64,000 nt of DNA from Eledone cirrhosa. Lineage: Eukaryota. The translations under genes were made by a program, and so were the position numbers. Below, one piece after another: positions 44,401 to 60,300 of this stretch (position 1 is the first letter of the stretch; each line of letters begins with the position of its first letter). The stretch covers positions 432,016,001-432,080,000 of the forward strand of contig OZ024740.1 of assembly GCA_964016885.1 (NCBI GenBank), given 5' to 3'. The notes beneath the pieces are model-generated. The model searched no databases. It was not told where the DNA came from and saw nothing but the letters and a program-made list of their open reading frames with translations.

Positions 44401-47400
44401 CATATTATATAGTTTCTACAACAGAACACAACAGTCACCTGGGGGGGAAGACAGACATTATCAGGCTACAGCTGTCATATTACATAGTTTCTACAACAGA
44501 ACACAACAGTCACCTAATGGGGAAGACAGACATTGTCAGGCTACAGCTGCCATGTTATATAGTTTCTACAACAGACCACAACAGTCACCTAGTGGGGAAG
44601 ACAGACATTATCTGGCTACAGCTGCCATATTATATAGTTTCTACAACAGACCACAACAGTCACCTAGTGGGGAAGACAGACATTATCTGGCTACAGCTGC
44701 CATATTATATAGTTACTACAACAGACCACAACAGTCACCTAGTGGGGAAGACAGACATTATCAGGCTACAGCTGTCATGTTATATAGTTTCTATAACAGA
44801 CCACAACAGTCACCTAGTGGGGAAGACAGACATTATCAGGCTACAGCTGTCATATTACATAGTTTCTACAACAGACCACAACAGTCACCTAGTGGGGAAG
44901 ACAGACATTATCAGGCTACAGCTGTCATATTACATAGTTTCTACAACAGACCACAACAGTCACCTAGTGGGGAAGACAGAAATTATCAGGCTACAGCTGT
45001 CATATTACATAGTTTCTACAACAGACCACAACAGTCACCTAGTGGGGAAGACAGACATTATCAGGCTACAGCTGCCATATTATATAGTTTCTACAACAGA
45101 CCACAACAGTCACCAAATGGGCAAGATAGACATTATCAGGCTACAGCTGTGATATTATATAGTTTCTACAACAGACCACAACAGTCACCTAGTGGGGAAG
45201 ACAGACATTATCTGGCTACAGCTGCCATATTATATAGTTTCTACAACAGACCACAACAGTCACCTAGTGGGGAAGACAGACATTATCAGGCTACAGCTGC
45301 CATATTATATAGTTTCTACAACAGACCACAACAGTCACCTAGTGGGGAAGACAGACATTATCTGGCTACAGCTGCCATATTTTATAGTTTCTACAACAGA
45401 CCACAACAGTCACCTAGTGGGGAAGACAGACATTATCAGGCTACAGCTGCAATATTATATAGTTTCTACAACAGACCACAACAGTCACCTAGTGGGGAAG
45501 ACAGACATTATCTGGCTACAGCTGCCATATTATATAGTTTCTACAACAGACCACAACAGTCACCTAGTGGGGAAGACAGACATTATCAGGCTACAGCTGC
45601 CATATTATATAGTTTCTACAACAGAACACAACAGTCACCTAGTGGGGAAGATAGACATTATCAGGCTACAGCTGTCATATTACATAGTTTCTACAACAGA
45701 ACACAACAGTCACCTAATGGGGAAGACAGACATTATCAGGCTACAGCTGCCATATTATATAGTTTCTACAACAGACCACAACAGTCACCTAGTGGGGAAG
45801 ACAGACATTATCAGGCTACAGCTGTCATATTACATAGTTTCTACAACAGAACACAACAGTCACCAAATGGGGAAGACAGACATTATCAGGCTACAGCTGT
45901 CATATTATATAGTTTCTACAACAGACCACAACAGTCACCTAGTGGGGAAGACAGACATTATCAGGCTACAGCTGTCATATTACATAGTATCTACAACAGA
46001 CCACAACAGTCACCTAGTGGGGAAGACAGACATTATCAGGCTACAGCTGCCATACTATATAGTTTCTACAACAGACCGCAACAGTCACCAAATGGGGAAG
46101 ACAGACATTATCAGGCTACAGCTGTCATATTACATAGTTTCTACAACAGAACACAACAGTCACCTAATGGGGAAGACAGACATTGTCAGGCTACAGCTGC
46201 TATGTTATATAGTTTCTACAACAGACCACAACAGTCACCTAGTGGGGAAGACAGACATTATCTGGCTACAGCTGCCATATTATATAGTTTCTACAACAGA
46301 CCACAACAGTCACCTAGTGGGGAAGACAGACATTATCAGGCTACAGCTGCCATATTATATAGTTTCTACAACAGACCACAACAGTCACCTAGTGGGGAAG
46401 ACAGACATTATCAGGCTACAGCTGTCATGTTATATAGTTTCTACAACAGACCACAACAGTCACCAAATGGGGAAGACAGACATTATAAGGCTACAGCTGT
46501 CATATTATATAGTTTCTACAACAGACCACAACAGTCACCTAGTGGGGAAGACAGACATTATCAGGCTACAGCTGTCATATTACATAGTTTCTACAACAAA
46601 CCACAACAGTCACCTAGTGGGGAAGACAGACATTATCAGGCTACAGCTGCCATATTATATAGTTTCTACAACAGACCACAACAGTCACCAAATGGGCAAG
46701 ATAGACATTATCAGGCTACAGCTGTCATATTATATAGTTTCTACAACAGACCACAACAGTCACCTAGTGGGGAAGACAGACATTATCAGGCTACAGCTGC
46801 CATATTATATAGTTTCTACAACAGAACACAACAGTCACCTAGTGGGGAAGACAGACATTATCAGGCTACAGCTGTCATATTACATAGTTTCTACAACAGA
46901 ACACAACAGTCACCTAATGGGGAAGAGAGACATTATCAGGCTACAGCTGCCATATTATATAGTTTCTACAACAGACCACAATAGTCACCTAGTGGGGAAG
47001 ACAGACATTATCTGGCTACAGCTGCCATATTATATAGTTTCTACAACAGACCACAACAGTCACCTAGTGGGGAAGACAGACATTATCTGGCTACAGCTGC
47101 CATATTATATAGTTTCTACAACAGAACACAACAGTCACCTAGTGGGGAAGACAGACATCATCTGGCTACAGCTGCCATATTATATAGTTTCTACAACAGA
47201 ACACAACAGTCACCTAGTGGGGAAGACAGACATTATCAAGCTACAGCTGTCATATTACATAGTTTCTACAACAGAACACAACAGTCACTAAATGGGGAAG
47301 ACAGACATTATCAGGCTACAGCTGTCATATTATATAGTTTCTACAACAGACCACAACAGTCACCTAGTGGGGAAGACAGACATTATCAGGCTACAGCTGT

Positions 47401-48370
47401 CATGTTATATAGTTTCTATAACAGACCACAACAGTCGCCTAGTGGGGAAGACAGACATTATCAGGCTACAGCTGTCATATTACATAGTTTCTACAACAGA
47501 CCACAACAGTCACCTAGTGGGGAAGAGAGACATTATCAGGCTACAGCTGTCATATTACATAGTTTCTACAACAGACCACAACAGTCACCTAGTGGGGAAG
47601 ACAGAAATTATCAGGCTACAGCTGTAATATTACATAGTTTCTACAACAGACCACAACAGTCACCTAGTGGGGAACACAGACATTACCAGGCTACAGCTGT
47701 CATATTACATAGTTTCTACAACAGAACACAACAGTCACTAAATGGGGAAGACAGACATTATCAGGCTACAGCTGTCATATTATATAGTTTCTACAACAGA
47801 CCACAACAGTCACCTAGTGGGGAAGACAGACATTATCAGGCTACAGCTGTCATGTTATATAGTTTCTATAACAGACCACAACAGTCACCTAGTGGGGAAG
47901 ACAGAAATTATCAGGCTACAGCTGTCATATTACATAGTTTCTACAACAGACCACAACAGTCACCTAGTGGGGAAGACAGACATTATCAGGCTACAGCTGC
48001 CATATTATATAGTTTCTACAACAGACCACAACAGTCACCAAATGGGCAAGATAGACATTATCAGGCTACAGCTGTGATATTATATAGTTTCTACAACAGA
48101 CCACAACAGTCACCTAGTGGGGAAGACAGACATTATCTGGCTACAGCTGCCATATTATATAGTTTCTACAACAGAACACAACAGTCACCTGGGGGGGAAG
48201 ACAGACATTATCAGGCTACAGCTGTCATATTACATAGTTTCTACAACAGAACACAACAGTCACCTAATGGGGAAGACAGACATTGTCAGGCTACAGCTGC
48301 CATGTTATATAGTTTCTACAACAGACCACAACAGTCACCTAGTGGGGAAGACAGACATTATCTGGCTACA
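41400..48370. repeat. HOR family A (50 monomers, 3750 bp), right cluster of ~2 copies
   Basis: 'aatagtc' at 43230 and 46980. ORF pairs 41442/45192 and 43542/47292 differ by 3750. 41400-43690 is nearly identical to 1-2290 (offset 41399). Confidence 0.9.
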
Positions 48371-51300
48371 GCTGCAATATTATATAGTTTCTACAACAGA
48401 CCACAACAGTCACCTAGTGGGGAAGACAGACATTATCAGGCTACAGCTGCCATATTATATAGTTTCTACAACAGACCACAACAGTCACCTAGTGGGGAAG
48501 ACAGACATTATCTGGCTACAGCTGCCATATTTTATAGTTTCTACAACAGACCACAACAGTCACCTAGTGGGGAAGACAGACATTATCAGGCTACAGCTGC
48601 AATATTATATAGTTTCTACAACAGACCACAACAGTCACCTAGTGGGGAAGACAGACATTATCTGGCTACAGCTGCCATATTATATAGTTTCTACAACAGA
48701 CCACAACAGTCACCTAGTGGGGAAGACAGACATTATCAGGCTACAGCTGCCATATTATATAGTTTCTACAACAGAACACAACAGTCACCTAGTGGGGAAG
48801 ATAGACATTATCAGGCTACAGCTGTCATATTACATAGTTTCTACAACAGAACACAACAGTCACCTAATGGGGAAGACAGACATTATCAGGCTACAGCTGC
48901 CATATTATATAGTTTCTACAACAGACCACAACAGTCACCTAGTGGGGAAGACAGACATTATCAGGCTACAGCTGTCATATTACATAGTTTCTACAACAGA
49001 CCACAACAGTCACCTAGTGGGGAAGACAGACATTATCAGGCTACAGCTGTCATATTACATAGTTTCTACAACAGACCACAACAGTCACATAGTGGGGAAG
49101 ACGGACATTATCAGGCTACAGCTGTCATATTACATAGTTTCTACAACAGACCACAACAGTCACATAGTGGGGAAGATAGACATTATCAGGCTACAGCTGT
49201 CATATTATATAGTTTCTACAACAGACCACAACAGTCACATAGTGGGGAAGACAGACATTATCAGGCTACAGCTGTCATATTACATAGTTTCTACAACAGA
49301 ACACAACAGTCACCAAATGGGGAAGACAGACATTATCAGGCTACAGCTGCTATATTATATAGTTTCTACAACAGACCACAACAGTCACCAAATGGGGAAG
49401 ACAGACATTATCAGGCTACAGCTGCGATATTATATAGTTTCTACAACAGACCACAACAGTCACCAAATGGGCAAGATAGACATTATCAGGCTACAGCTGT
49501 CATATTATATAGTTTCTACAACAGACCACAACAGTCACCTAGTGGGGAAGACAGACATTATCAGGCTACAGCTGCCATATTATATAGTTTCTACAACAGA
49601 CCACAACAGTCACCTAGTGGGGAAGACAGGCATTATCAGGCTACAGCTGTCATATTACATAGTATCTACAACAGACCACAACAGTCACCTAGTGGGGAAG
49701 ACAGACATTATCAGGCTACAGCTGCCATATTATATAGTTTCTACAACAGACCACAACAGTCACCTAGTGGGGAAGAAAGACATTATCAGGCTACAGCTGC
49801 CATATTATATAGTTTCTACAACAGAACACAACAGTCACCTAGTGGGGAAGACAGACATTATCAGGCTACAGTTGTCATATTACATAGTTTCTACAACAGA
49901 ACACAACAGTCACTAAATGGGGAAGACAGACATTATCAGGCTACAGCTGTCATATTATATAGTTTTTACAACAGACCACAACAGTCACCTAGTGGGGAAG
50001 ACAGACATTATCAGGCTACAGCTGTCATATTATATAGTTTCTATAACAGACCACAACAGTCACCTAGTGGGGAAGACAGACATTATCAGGCTACAGCTGT
50101 CATATTACATAGTTTCTACAACAGACCACAACAGTCACCTAGTGGGGAAGACAGACATTATCAGGCTACAGCTGTCATATTACATGGTTTCTACAACAGA
50201 CCACAACAGTCACATAGTGGGGAAGACAGACATTATCAGGCTACAGCTGTCATATTACATAGTTTCTACAACAGACCACAACAGTCACCTAGTGGGGAAG
50301 ACAGACATTATCAGGCTACAGCTGTCATATTACATAGTTTCTACAACAGACCACAACAGTCACCTAGTGGGGAAGACAGACATTATCAGGCTACAGCTGT
50401 CATGTTATATAGTTTCTACAACAGACCACAACAGTCACCAAATGGGGAAGACAGACATTATAAGGCTACAGCTGTCATATTATATAGTTTCTACAACAGA
50501 CCACAACAGTCACCAAATGGGCAAGATAGACATTATCAGGCTACAGCTGTCATATTATATAGTTTCTACAACAGACCACAACAGTCACCTAGTGGGGAAG
50601 ACAGACATTATCTGGCTACAGCTGCCATATTATATAGTTTCTACAACAGAACACAACAGTCACCTAGTGGGGAAGACAGACATTATCAGGCTACAGCTGT
50701 CATATTACATAGTTTCTACAACAGAACACAACAGTCACCTAATGGGGAAGAGAGACATTATCAGGCTACAGCTGCCATATTATATAGTTTCTACAACAGA
50801 CCACAACAGTCACCTAGTGGGGAAGACAGACATTATCTGGCTACAGCTGCCATATTATATAGTTTCTACAACAGACCACAACAGTCACCTAGTGGGGAAG
50901 ACAGACATTATCAGGCTACAGCTGCCATATTATATAGTTTCTACAACAGAACACAACAGTCACCTAGTGAGGAAGATAGACATTATCAGGCTACAGCTGT
51001 CATATTACATAGTTTCTACAACAGAACACAACAGTCACCTAATGGGGAAGACAGACATTATCAGGCTACAGCTGCAATATTATATAGTTTCTACAACAGA
51101 CCACAACAGTCACCTAGTGGGGAAGACAGACATTATCAGGCTACAGCTGTCATATTACATAGTTTCTACAACAGACCACAACAGTCACCTAGTGGGGAAG
51201 ACAGACATTATCAGGCTACAGCTGCCATATTATATAGTTTCTACAACAGACCACAACAGTCACCAAATGGGCAAGATAGACATTATCAGGCTACAGCTGT

Positions 51301-54300
51301 GATATTATATAGTTTCTACAACAGACCACAACAGTCACCTAGTGGGGAAGACAGACATTATCTGGCTACAGCTGCCATATTATATAGTTTCTACAACAGA
51401 ACACAACAGTCACCTAGTGGGGAAGACAGACATTATCAGGCTACAGCTGTCATATTACATAGTTTCTACAACAGACCACAACAGTCACCTAGTGGGGAAG
51501 ACAGACATTATCTGGCTACAGCTGCCATATTATATAGTTTCTACAACAGACCACAACAGTCACCTAGTGGGGAAGACAGACATTATCAGGCTACAGCTGC
51601 CATATTATATAGTTTCTACAACAGAACACAACCGTCACCTAGTGAGGAAGATAGACATTATCAGGCTACAGCTGTCATATTACATAGTTTCTACAACAGA
51701 ACACAACAGTCACCTAATGGGGAAGACAGACATTATCAGGCTACAGCTGCAATATTATATAGTTTCTACAACAGACCACAACAGTCACCTAGTGGGGAAG
51801 ACAGACATTATCAGGCTACAGCTGTCATATTACATAGTTTCTACAACAGACCACAACAGTCACCTAGTGGGGAAGACAGACATTATCAGGCTACAGCTGC
51901 CATATTATATAGTTTCTACAACAGACCACAACAGTCACCAAATGGGCAAGATAGACATTATCAGGCTACAGCTGTGATATTATATAGTTTCTACAACAGA
52001 CCACAACAGTCACCTAGTGGGGAAGACAGACATTATCTGGCTACAGCTGCCATATTATATAGTTTCTACAACAGAACACAACAGTCACCTAGTGGGGAAG
52101 ACAGACATTATCAGGCTACAGCTGTCATATTACATAGTTTCTACAACAGAACACAACAGTCACCTAATGGGGAAGACGGACATTGTCAGGCTACAGCTGC
52201 CATGTTATATAGTTTCTACAACAGACCACAACAGTCACCTAGTGGGGAAGACAGACATTATCAGGCTACAGCTGCCATATTATATAGTTTCTACAACAGA
52301 CCACAACAGTCACCAAATGGGCAAGATAGACATTATCAGGCTACAGCTGTGATATTATATAGTTTCTACAACAGACCACAACAGTCACCTAGTGGGGAAG
52401 ACAGACATTATCTGGCTACAGCTGCCATATTATATAGTTTCTACAACAGAACACAACAGTCACCTGGGGGGGAAGACAGACATTATCAGGCTACAGCTGT
52501 CATATTACATAGTTTCTACAACAGAACACAACAGTCACCTAATGGGGAAGACAGACATTGTCAGGCTACAGCTGCCATGTTATATAGTTTCTACAACAGA
52601 CAACAACAGTCACCTAGTGGGGAAGACAGACATTATCTGGCTACAGCTGCCATATTATATAGTTTCTACAACAGACCACAACAGTCACCTAGTGGGGAAG
52701 ACAGACATTATCAGGCTACAGCTGCCATATTATATAGTTTCTACAACAGACCACAACAGTCACCTAGTGGGGAAGACAGACATTATCTGGCTACAGCTGC
52801 CATATTTTATAGTTTCTACAACAGACCACAACAGTCACCTAGTGGGGAAGACAGACATTATCAGGCTACAGCTGCAATATTATATAGTTTCTACAACAGA
52901 CCACAACAGTCACCTAGTGGGCAAGACAGACATTATCTGGCTACAGCTGCCATATTATATAGTTTCTACAACAGACCACAACAGTCACCTAGTGGGGAAG
53001 ACAGACATTATCAGGCTACAGCTGCCATATTATATAGTTTCTACAACAGAACACAACAGTCACCTAGTGGGGAAGATAGACATTATCAGGCTACAGCTGT
53101 CATATTACATAGTTTCTACAACAGAACACAACAGTCACCTAATGGGGAAGACAGACATTATCAGGCTACAGCTGCCATATTATATAGTTTCTACAACAGA
53201 CCACAACAGTCACCTAGTGGGGAAGACAGACATTATCAGGCTACAGCTGTCATATTACATAGTTTCTACAACAGACCGCAACAGTCACCTAGTGGGGAAG
53301 ACAGGCATTATCAGGCTACAGCTGTCATATTACATAGTTTCTACAACAGACCACAACAGTCACATAGTGGGGAAGACGGACATTATCAGGCTACAGCTGT
53401 CATATTACATAGTTTCTACAACAGACCACAACAGTCACATAGTGGGGAAGATAGACATTATCAGGCTACAGCTGTCATATTATATAGTTTCTACAACAGA
53501 CCACAACAGTCACATAGTGGGGAAGACAGACATTATCAGGCTACAGCTGTCATATTACATAGTTTCTACAACAGAACACAACAGTCACCAAATGGGGAAG
53601 ACAGACATTATCAGGCTACAGCTGCTATATTATATAGTTTCTACAACAGACCACAACAGTCACCAAATGGGGAAGACAGACATTATCAGGCTACAGCTGC
53701 GATATTATATAGTTTCTACAACAGACCACAACAGTCACCAAATGGGCAAGATAGACATTATCAGGCTACAGCTGTCATATTATATAGTTTCTACAACAGA
53801 CCACAACAGTCACCTAGTGGGGAAGACAGACATTATCAGGCTACAGCTGCCATATTATATAGTTTCTACAACAGACCACAACAGTCACCTAGTGGGGAAG
53901 ACAGGCATTATCAGGCTACAGCTGTCATATTACATAGTATCTACAACAGACCACAACAGTCACCTAGTGGGGAAGACAGACATTATCAGGCTACAGCTGC
54001 CATATTATATAGTTTCTACAACAGACCACAACAGTCACCTAGTGGGGAAGAAAGACATTATCAGGCTACAGCTGCCATATTATATAGTTTCTACAACAGA
54101 ACACAACAGTCACCTAGTGGGGAAGACAGACATTATCAGGCTACAGCTGTCATATTACATAGTTTCTACAACAGAACACAACAGTCACTAAATGGGGAAG
54201 ACAGACATTATCAGGCTACAGCTGTCATATTATATAGTTTTTACAACAGACCACAACAGTCACCTAGTGGGGAAGACAGACATTATCAGGCTACAGCTGT

Positions 54301-57300
54301 CATATTATATAGTTTCTATAACAGACCACAACAGTCACCTAGTGGGGAAGACAGACATTATCAGGCTACAGCTGTCATATTACATAGTTTCTACAACAGA
54401 CCACAACAGTCACCTAGTGGGGAAGACAGACATTATCAGGCTACAGCTGTCATATTACATGGTTTCTACAACAGACCACAACAGTCACATAGTGGGGAAG
54501 ACAGACATTATCAGGCTACAGCTGTCATATTACATAGTTTCTACAACAGACCACAACAGTCACCTAGTGGGGAAGACAGACATTATCAGGCTACAGCTGT
54601 CATATTACATAGTTTCTACAACAGACCACAACAGTCACCTAGTGGGGAAGACAGACATTATCAGGCTACAGCTGTCATGTTATATAGTTTCTACAACAGA
54701 CCACAACAGTCACCAAATGGGGAAGACAGACATTATAAGGCTACAGCTGTCATATTATATAGTTTCTACAACAGACCACAACAGTCACCAAATGGGCAAG
54801 ATAGACATTATCAGGCTACAGCTGTCATATTATATAGTTTCTACAACAGACCACAACAGTCACCTAGTGGGGAAGACAGACATTATCTGGCTACAGCTGC
54901 CATATTATATAGTTTCTACAACAGAACACAACAGTCACCTAGTGGGGAAGACAGACATTATCAGGCTACAGCTGTCATATTACATAGTTTCTACAACAGA
55001 ACACAACAGTCACCTAATGGGGAAGAGAGACATTATCAGGCTACAGCTGCATATTATATAGTTTCTACAACAGACCACAACAGTCACCTAGTGGGGAAGA
55101 CAGACATTATCTGGCTACAGCTGCCATATTATATAGTTTCTACAACAGACCACAACAGTCACCTAGTGGGGAAGACAGACATTATCAGGCTACAGCTGCC
55201 ATATTATATAGTTTCTACAACAGAACACAACAGTCACCTAGTGAGGAAGATAGACATTATCAGGCTACAGCTGTCATATTACATAGTTTCTACAACAGAA
55301 CACAACAGTCACCTAATGGGGAAGACAGACATTATCAGGCTACAGCTGCAATATTATATAGTTTCTACAACAGACCACAACAGTCACCTAGTGGGGAAGA
55401 CAGACATTATCTGGCTACAGCTGCCATATTATATAGTTTCTACAACAGACCACAACAGTCACCTAGTGGGGAAGACAGACATTATCAGGCTACAGCTGCC
55501 ATATTATATAGTTTCTACAACAGAACACAACAGTCACCTAGTGAGGAAGATAGACATTATCAGGCTACAGCTGTCATATTACATAGTTTCTACAAAAGAA
55601 CACAACAGTCACCTAATGGGGAAGACAGACATTATCAGGCTACAGCTGCAATATTATATAGTTTCTACAACAGACCACAACAGTCACCTAGTGGGGAAGA
55701 CAGACATTATCAGGCTACAGCTGTCATATTACATAGTTTCTACAACAGACCACAACAGTCACCTAGTGGGGAAGACAGACATTATCAGGCTACAGCTGCC
55801 ATATTATATAGTTTCTACAACAGACCACAACAGTCACCAAATGGGCAAGATAGACATTATCAGGCTACAGCTGTGATATTATATAGTTTCTACAACAGAC
55901 CACAACAGTCACCTAGTGGGGAAGACAGACATTATCTGGCTACAGCTGCCATATTATATAGTTTCTACAACAGAACACAACAGTCACCTAGTGGGGAAGA
56001 CAGACATTATCAGGCTACAGCTGTCATATTACATAGTTTCTACAACAGACCACAACAGTCACCTAGTGGGGAAGACAGACATTATCTGGCTACAGCTGCC
56101 ATATTATATAGTTTCTACAACAGACCACAACAGTCACCTAGTGGGGAAGACAGACATTATCAGGCTACAGCTGCCATATTATATAGTTTCTACAACAGAA
56201 CACAACAGTCACCTAGTGAGGAAGATAGACATTATCAGGCTACAGCTGTCATATTACATAGTTTCTACAACAGAACACAACAGTCACCTAATGGGGAAGA
56301 CAGACATTATCAGGCTACAGCTGCAATATTATATAGTTTCTACAACAGACCACAACAGTCACCTAGTGGGGAAGACAGACATTATCAGGCTACAGCTGTC
56401 ATATTACATAGTTTCTACAACAGACCACAACAGTCACCTAGTGGGGAAGACAGACATTATCAGGCTACAGCTGCCATATTATATAGTTTCTACAACAGAC
56501 CACAACAGTCACCAAATGGGCAAGATAGACATTATCAGGCTACAGCTGTGATATTATATAGTTTCTACAACAGACCACAACAGTCACCTAGTGGGGAAGA
56601 CAGACATTATCTGGCTACAGCTGCCATATTATATAGTTTCTACAACAGAACACAACAGTCACCTAGTGGGGAAGACAGACATTATCAGGCTACAGCTGTC
56701 ATATTACATAGTTTCTACAACAGAACACAACAGTCACCTAATGGGGAAGACGGACATTGTCAGGCTACAGCTGCCATGTTATATAGTTTCTACAACAGAC
56801 CACAACAGTCACCTAGTGGGGAAGACAGACATTATCAGGCTACAGCTGCCATATTATATAGTTTCTACAACAGACCACAACAGTCACCAAATGGGCAAGA
56901 TAGACATTATCAGGCTACAGCTGTGATATTATATAGTTTCTACAACAGACCACAACAGTCACCTAGTGGGGAAGACAGACATTATCTGGCAACAGCTGCC
57001 ATATTATATAGTTTCTACAACAGAACACAACAGTCACCTGGGGGGGAAGACAGACATTATCAGGCTACAGCTGTCATATTACATAGTTTCTACAACAGAA
57101 CACAACAGTCACCTAATGGGGAAGACAGACATTGTCAGGCTACAGCTGCCATGTTATATAGTTTCTACAACAGACCACAACAGTCACCTAGTGGGGAAGA
57201 CAGACATTATCTGGCTACAGCTGCCATATTATATAGTTTCTACAACAGACCACAACAGTCACCTAGTGGGGAAGACAGACATTATCAGGCTACAGCTGCC

Positions 57301-60300
57301 ATATTATATAGTTTCTACAACAGACCACAACAGTCACCTAGTGGGGAAGACAGACATTATCTGGCTACAGCTGCCATATTTTATAGTTTCTACAACAGAC
57401 CACAACAGTCACCTAGTGGGGAAGACAGACATTATCAGGCTACAGCTGCAATATTATATAGTTTCTACAACAGACCACAACAGTCACCTAGTGGGGAAGA
57501 CAGACATTATCTGGCTACAGCTGCCATATTATATAGTTTCTACAACAGACCACAACAGTCACCTAGTGGGGAAGACAGACATTATCAGGCTACAGCTGCC
57601 ATATTATATAGTTTCTACAACAGAACACAACAGTCACCTAGTGGGGAAGATAGACATTATCAGGCTACAGCTGTCATATTACATAGTTTCTACGACAGAA
57701 CACAACAGTCACCTAATGGGGAAGACAGACATTATCAGGCTACAGCTGCCATATTATATAGTTTCTACAACAGACCACAACAGTCACCTAGTGGGGAAGA
57801 CAGACATTATCAGGCTACAGCTGTCATATTACATAGTTTCTACAACAGACCGCAACAGTCACCTAGTGGGGAAGACAGACATTATCAGGCTACAGCTGTC
57901 ATATTACATAGTTTCTACAACAGACCACAACAGTCACATAGTGGGGAAGACGGACATTATCAGGCTACAGCTGTCATATTACATAGTTTCTACAACAGAC
58001 CACAACAGTCACATAGTGGGGAAGATAGACATTATCAGGCTACAGCTGTCATATTATATAGTTTCTACAACAGACCACAACAGTCACATAGTGGGGAAGA
58101 CAGACATTATCAGGCTACAGCTGTCATATTACATAGTTTCTACAACAGAACACAACAGTCACCAAATGGGGAAGACAGACATTATCAGGCTACAGCTGCT
58201 ATATTATATAGTTTCTACAACAGACCACAACAGTCACCAAATGGGGAAGACAGACATTATCAGGCTACAGCTGCGATATTATATAGTTTCTACAACAGAC
58301 CACAACAGTCACCAAATGGGCAAGATAGACATTATCAGGCTACAGCTGTCATATTATATAGTTTCTACAACAGACCACAACAGTCACCTAGTGGGGAAGA
58401 CAGACATTATCAGGCTACAGCTGCCATATTATATAGTTTCTACAACAGACCACAACAGTCACCTAGTGGGGAAGACAGGCATTATCAGGCTACAGCTGTC
58501 ATATTACATAGTATCTACAACAGACCACAACAGTCACCTAGTGGGGAAGACAGACATTATCAGGCTACAGCTGCCATATTATATAGTTTCTACAACAGAC
58601 CACAACAGTCACCTAGTGGGGAAGAAAGACATTATCAGGCTACAGCTGCCATATTATATAGTTTCTACAACAGAACACAACAGTCACCTAGTGGGGAAGA
58701 CAGACATTATCAGGCTACAGCTGTCATATTACATAGTTTCTACAACAGAACACAACAGTCACTAAATGGGGAAGACAGACATTATCAGGCTACAGCTGTC
58801 ATATTATATAGTTTTTACAACAGACCACAACAGTCACCTAGTGGGGAAGACAGACATTATCAGGCTACAGCTGTCATATTATATAGTTTCTATAACAGAC
58901 CACAACAGTCACCTAGTGGGGAAGACAGACATTATCAGGCTACAGCTGTCATATTACATAGTTTCTACAACAGACCACAACAGTAACCTAGTGGGGAAGA
59001 CAGACATTATCAGGCTACAGCTGTCATATTACATGGTTTCTACAACAGACCACAACAGTCACATAGTGGGGAAGACAGACATTATCAGGCTACAGCTGTC
59101 ATATTACATAGTTTCTACAACAGACCACAACAGTCACCTAGTGGGGAAGACAGACATTATCAGGCTACAGCTGTCATATTACATAGTTTCTACAACAGAC
59201 CACAACAGTCACCTAGTGGGGAAGACAGACATTATCAGGCTACAGCTGTCATGTTATATAGTTTCTACAACAGACCACAACAGTCACCAAATGGGGAAGA
59301 CAGACATTATAAGGCTACAGCTGTCATATTATATAGTTTCTACAACAGACCACAACAGTCACCAAATGGGCAAGATAGACATTATCAGGCTACAGCTGTC
59401 ATATTATATAGTTTCTACAACAGACCACAACAGTCACCTAGTGGGGAAGACAGACATTATCTGGCTACAGCTGCCATATTATATAGTTTCTACAACAGAA
59501 CACAACAGTCACCTAGTGGGGAAGACAGACATTATCAGGCTACAGCTGTCATATTACATAGTTTCTACAACAGAACACAACAGTCACCTAATGGGGAAGA
59601 GAGACATTATCAGGCTACAGCTGCCATATTATATAGTTTCTACAACAGACCACAACAGTCACCTAGTGGGGAAGACAGACATTATCTGGCTACAGCTGCC
59701 ATATTATATAGTTTCTACAACAGACCACAACAGTCACCTAGTGGGGAAGACAGACATTATCAGGCTACAGCTGCCATATTATATAGTTTCTACAACAGAA
59801 CACAACAGTCACCTAGTGAGGAAGATAGACATTATCAGGCTACAGCTGTCATATTACATAGTTTCTACAACAGAACACAACAGTCACCTAATGGGGAAGA
59901 CAGACATTATCAGGCTACAGCTGCAATATTATATAGTTTCTACAACAGACCACAACAGTCACCTAGTGGGGAAGACAGACTCTATCAGGCTACAGCTGTC
60001 ATATTACATAGTTTCTACAACAGACCACAACAGTCACCTAGTGGGGAAGACAGACATTATCAGGCTACAGCTGCCATATTATATAGTTTCTACAACAGAC
60101 CACAACAGTCACCAAATGGGCAAGATAGACATTATCAGGCTACAGCTGTGATATTATATAGTTTCTACAACAGACCACAACAGTCACCTAGTGGGGAAGA
60201 CAGACATTATCTGGCTACAGCTGCCATATTATATAGTTTCTACAACAGAACACAACAGTCACCTAGTGGGGAAGACAGACATTATCAGGCTACAGCTGTC

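Larger units (their letters stand above)
37610..56835. repeat. Second copy of a ~20-kb segmental duplication (first copy ~2290-24660)
   Basis: Rare variants are colinear at offsets 35324, 35399, 35699, 35999 and then 32174 bp (each n x 75 - 1), e.g. ORF starts 3868/39192, 5133/40832, 7653/43652 and 15228/47402. Both copies share the 1-bp deletion (22876/55050) and 'ctacaaaaga'. Confidence 0.88.
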
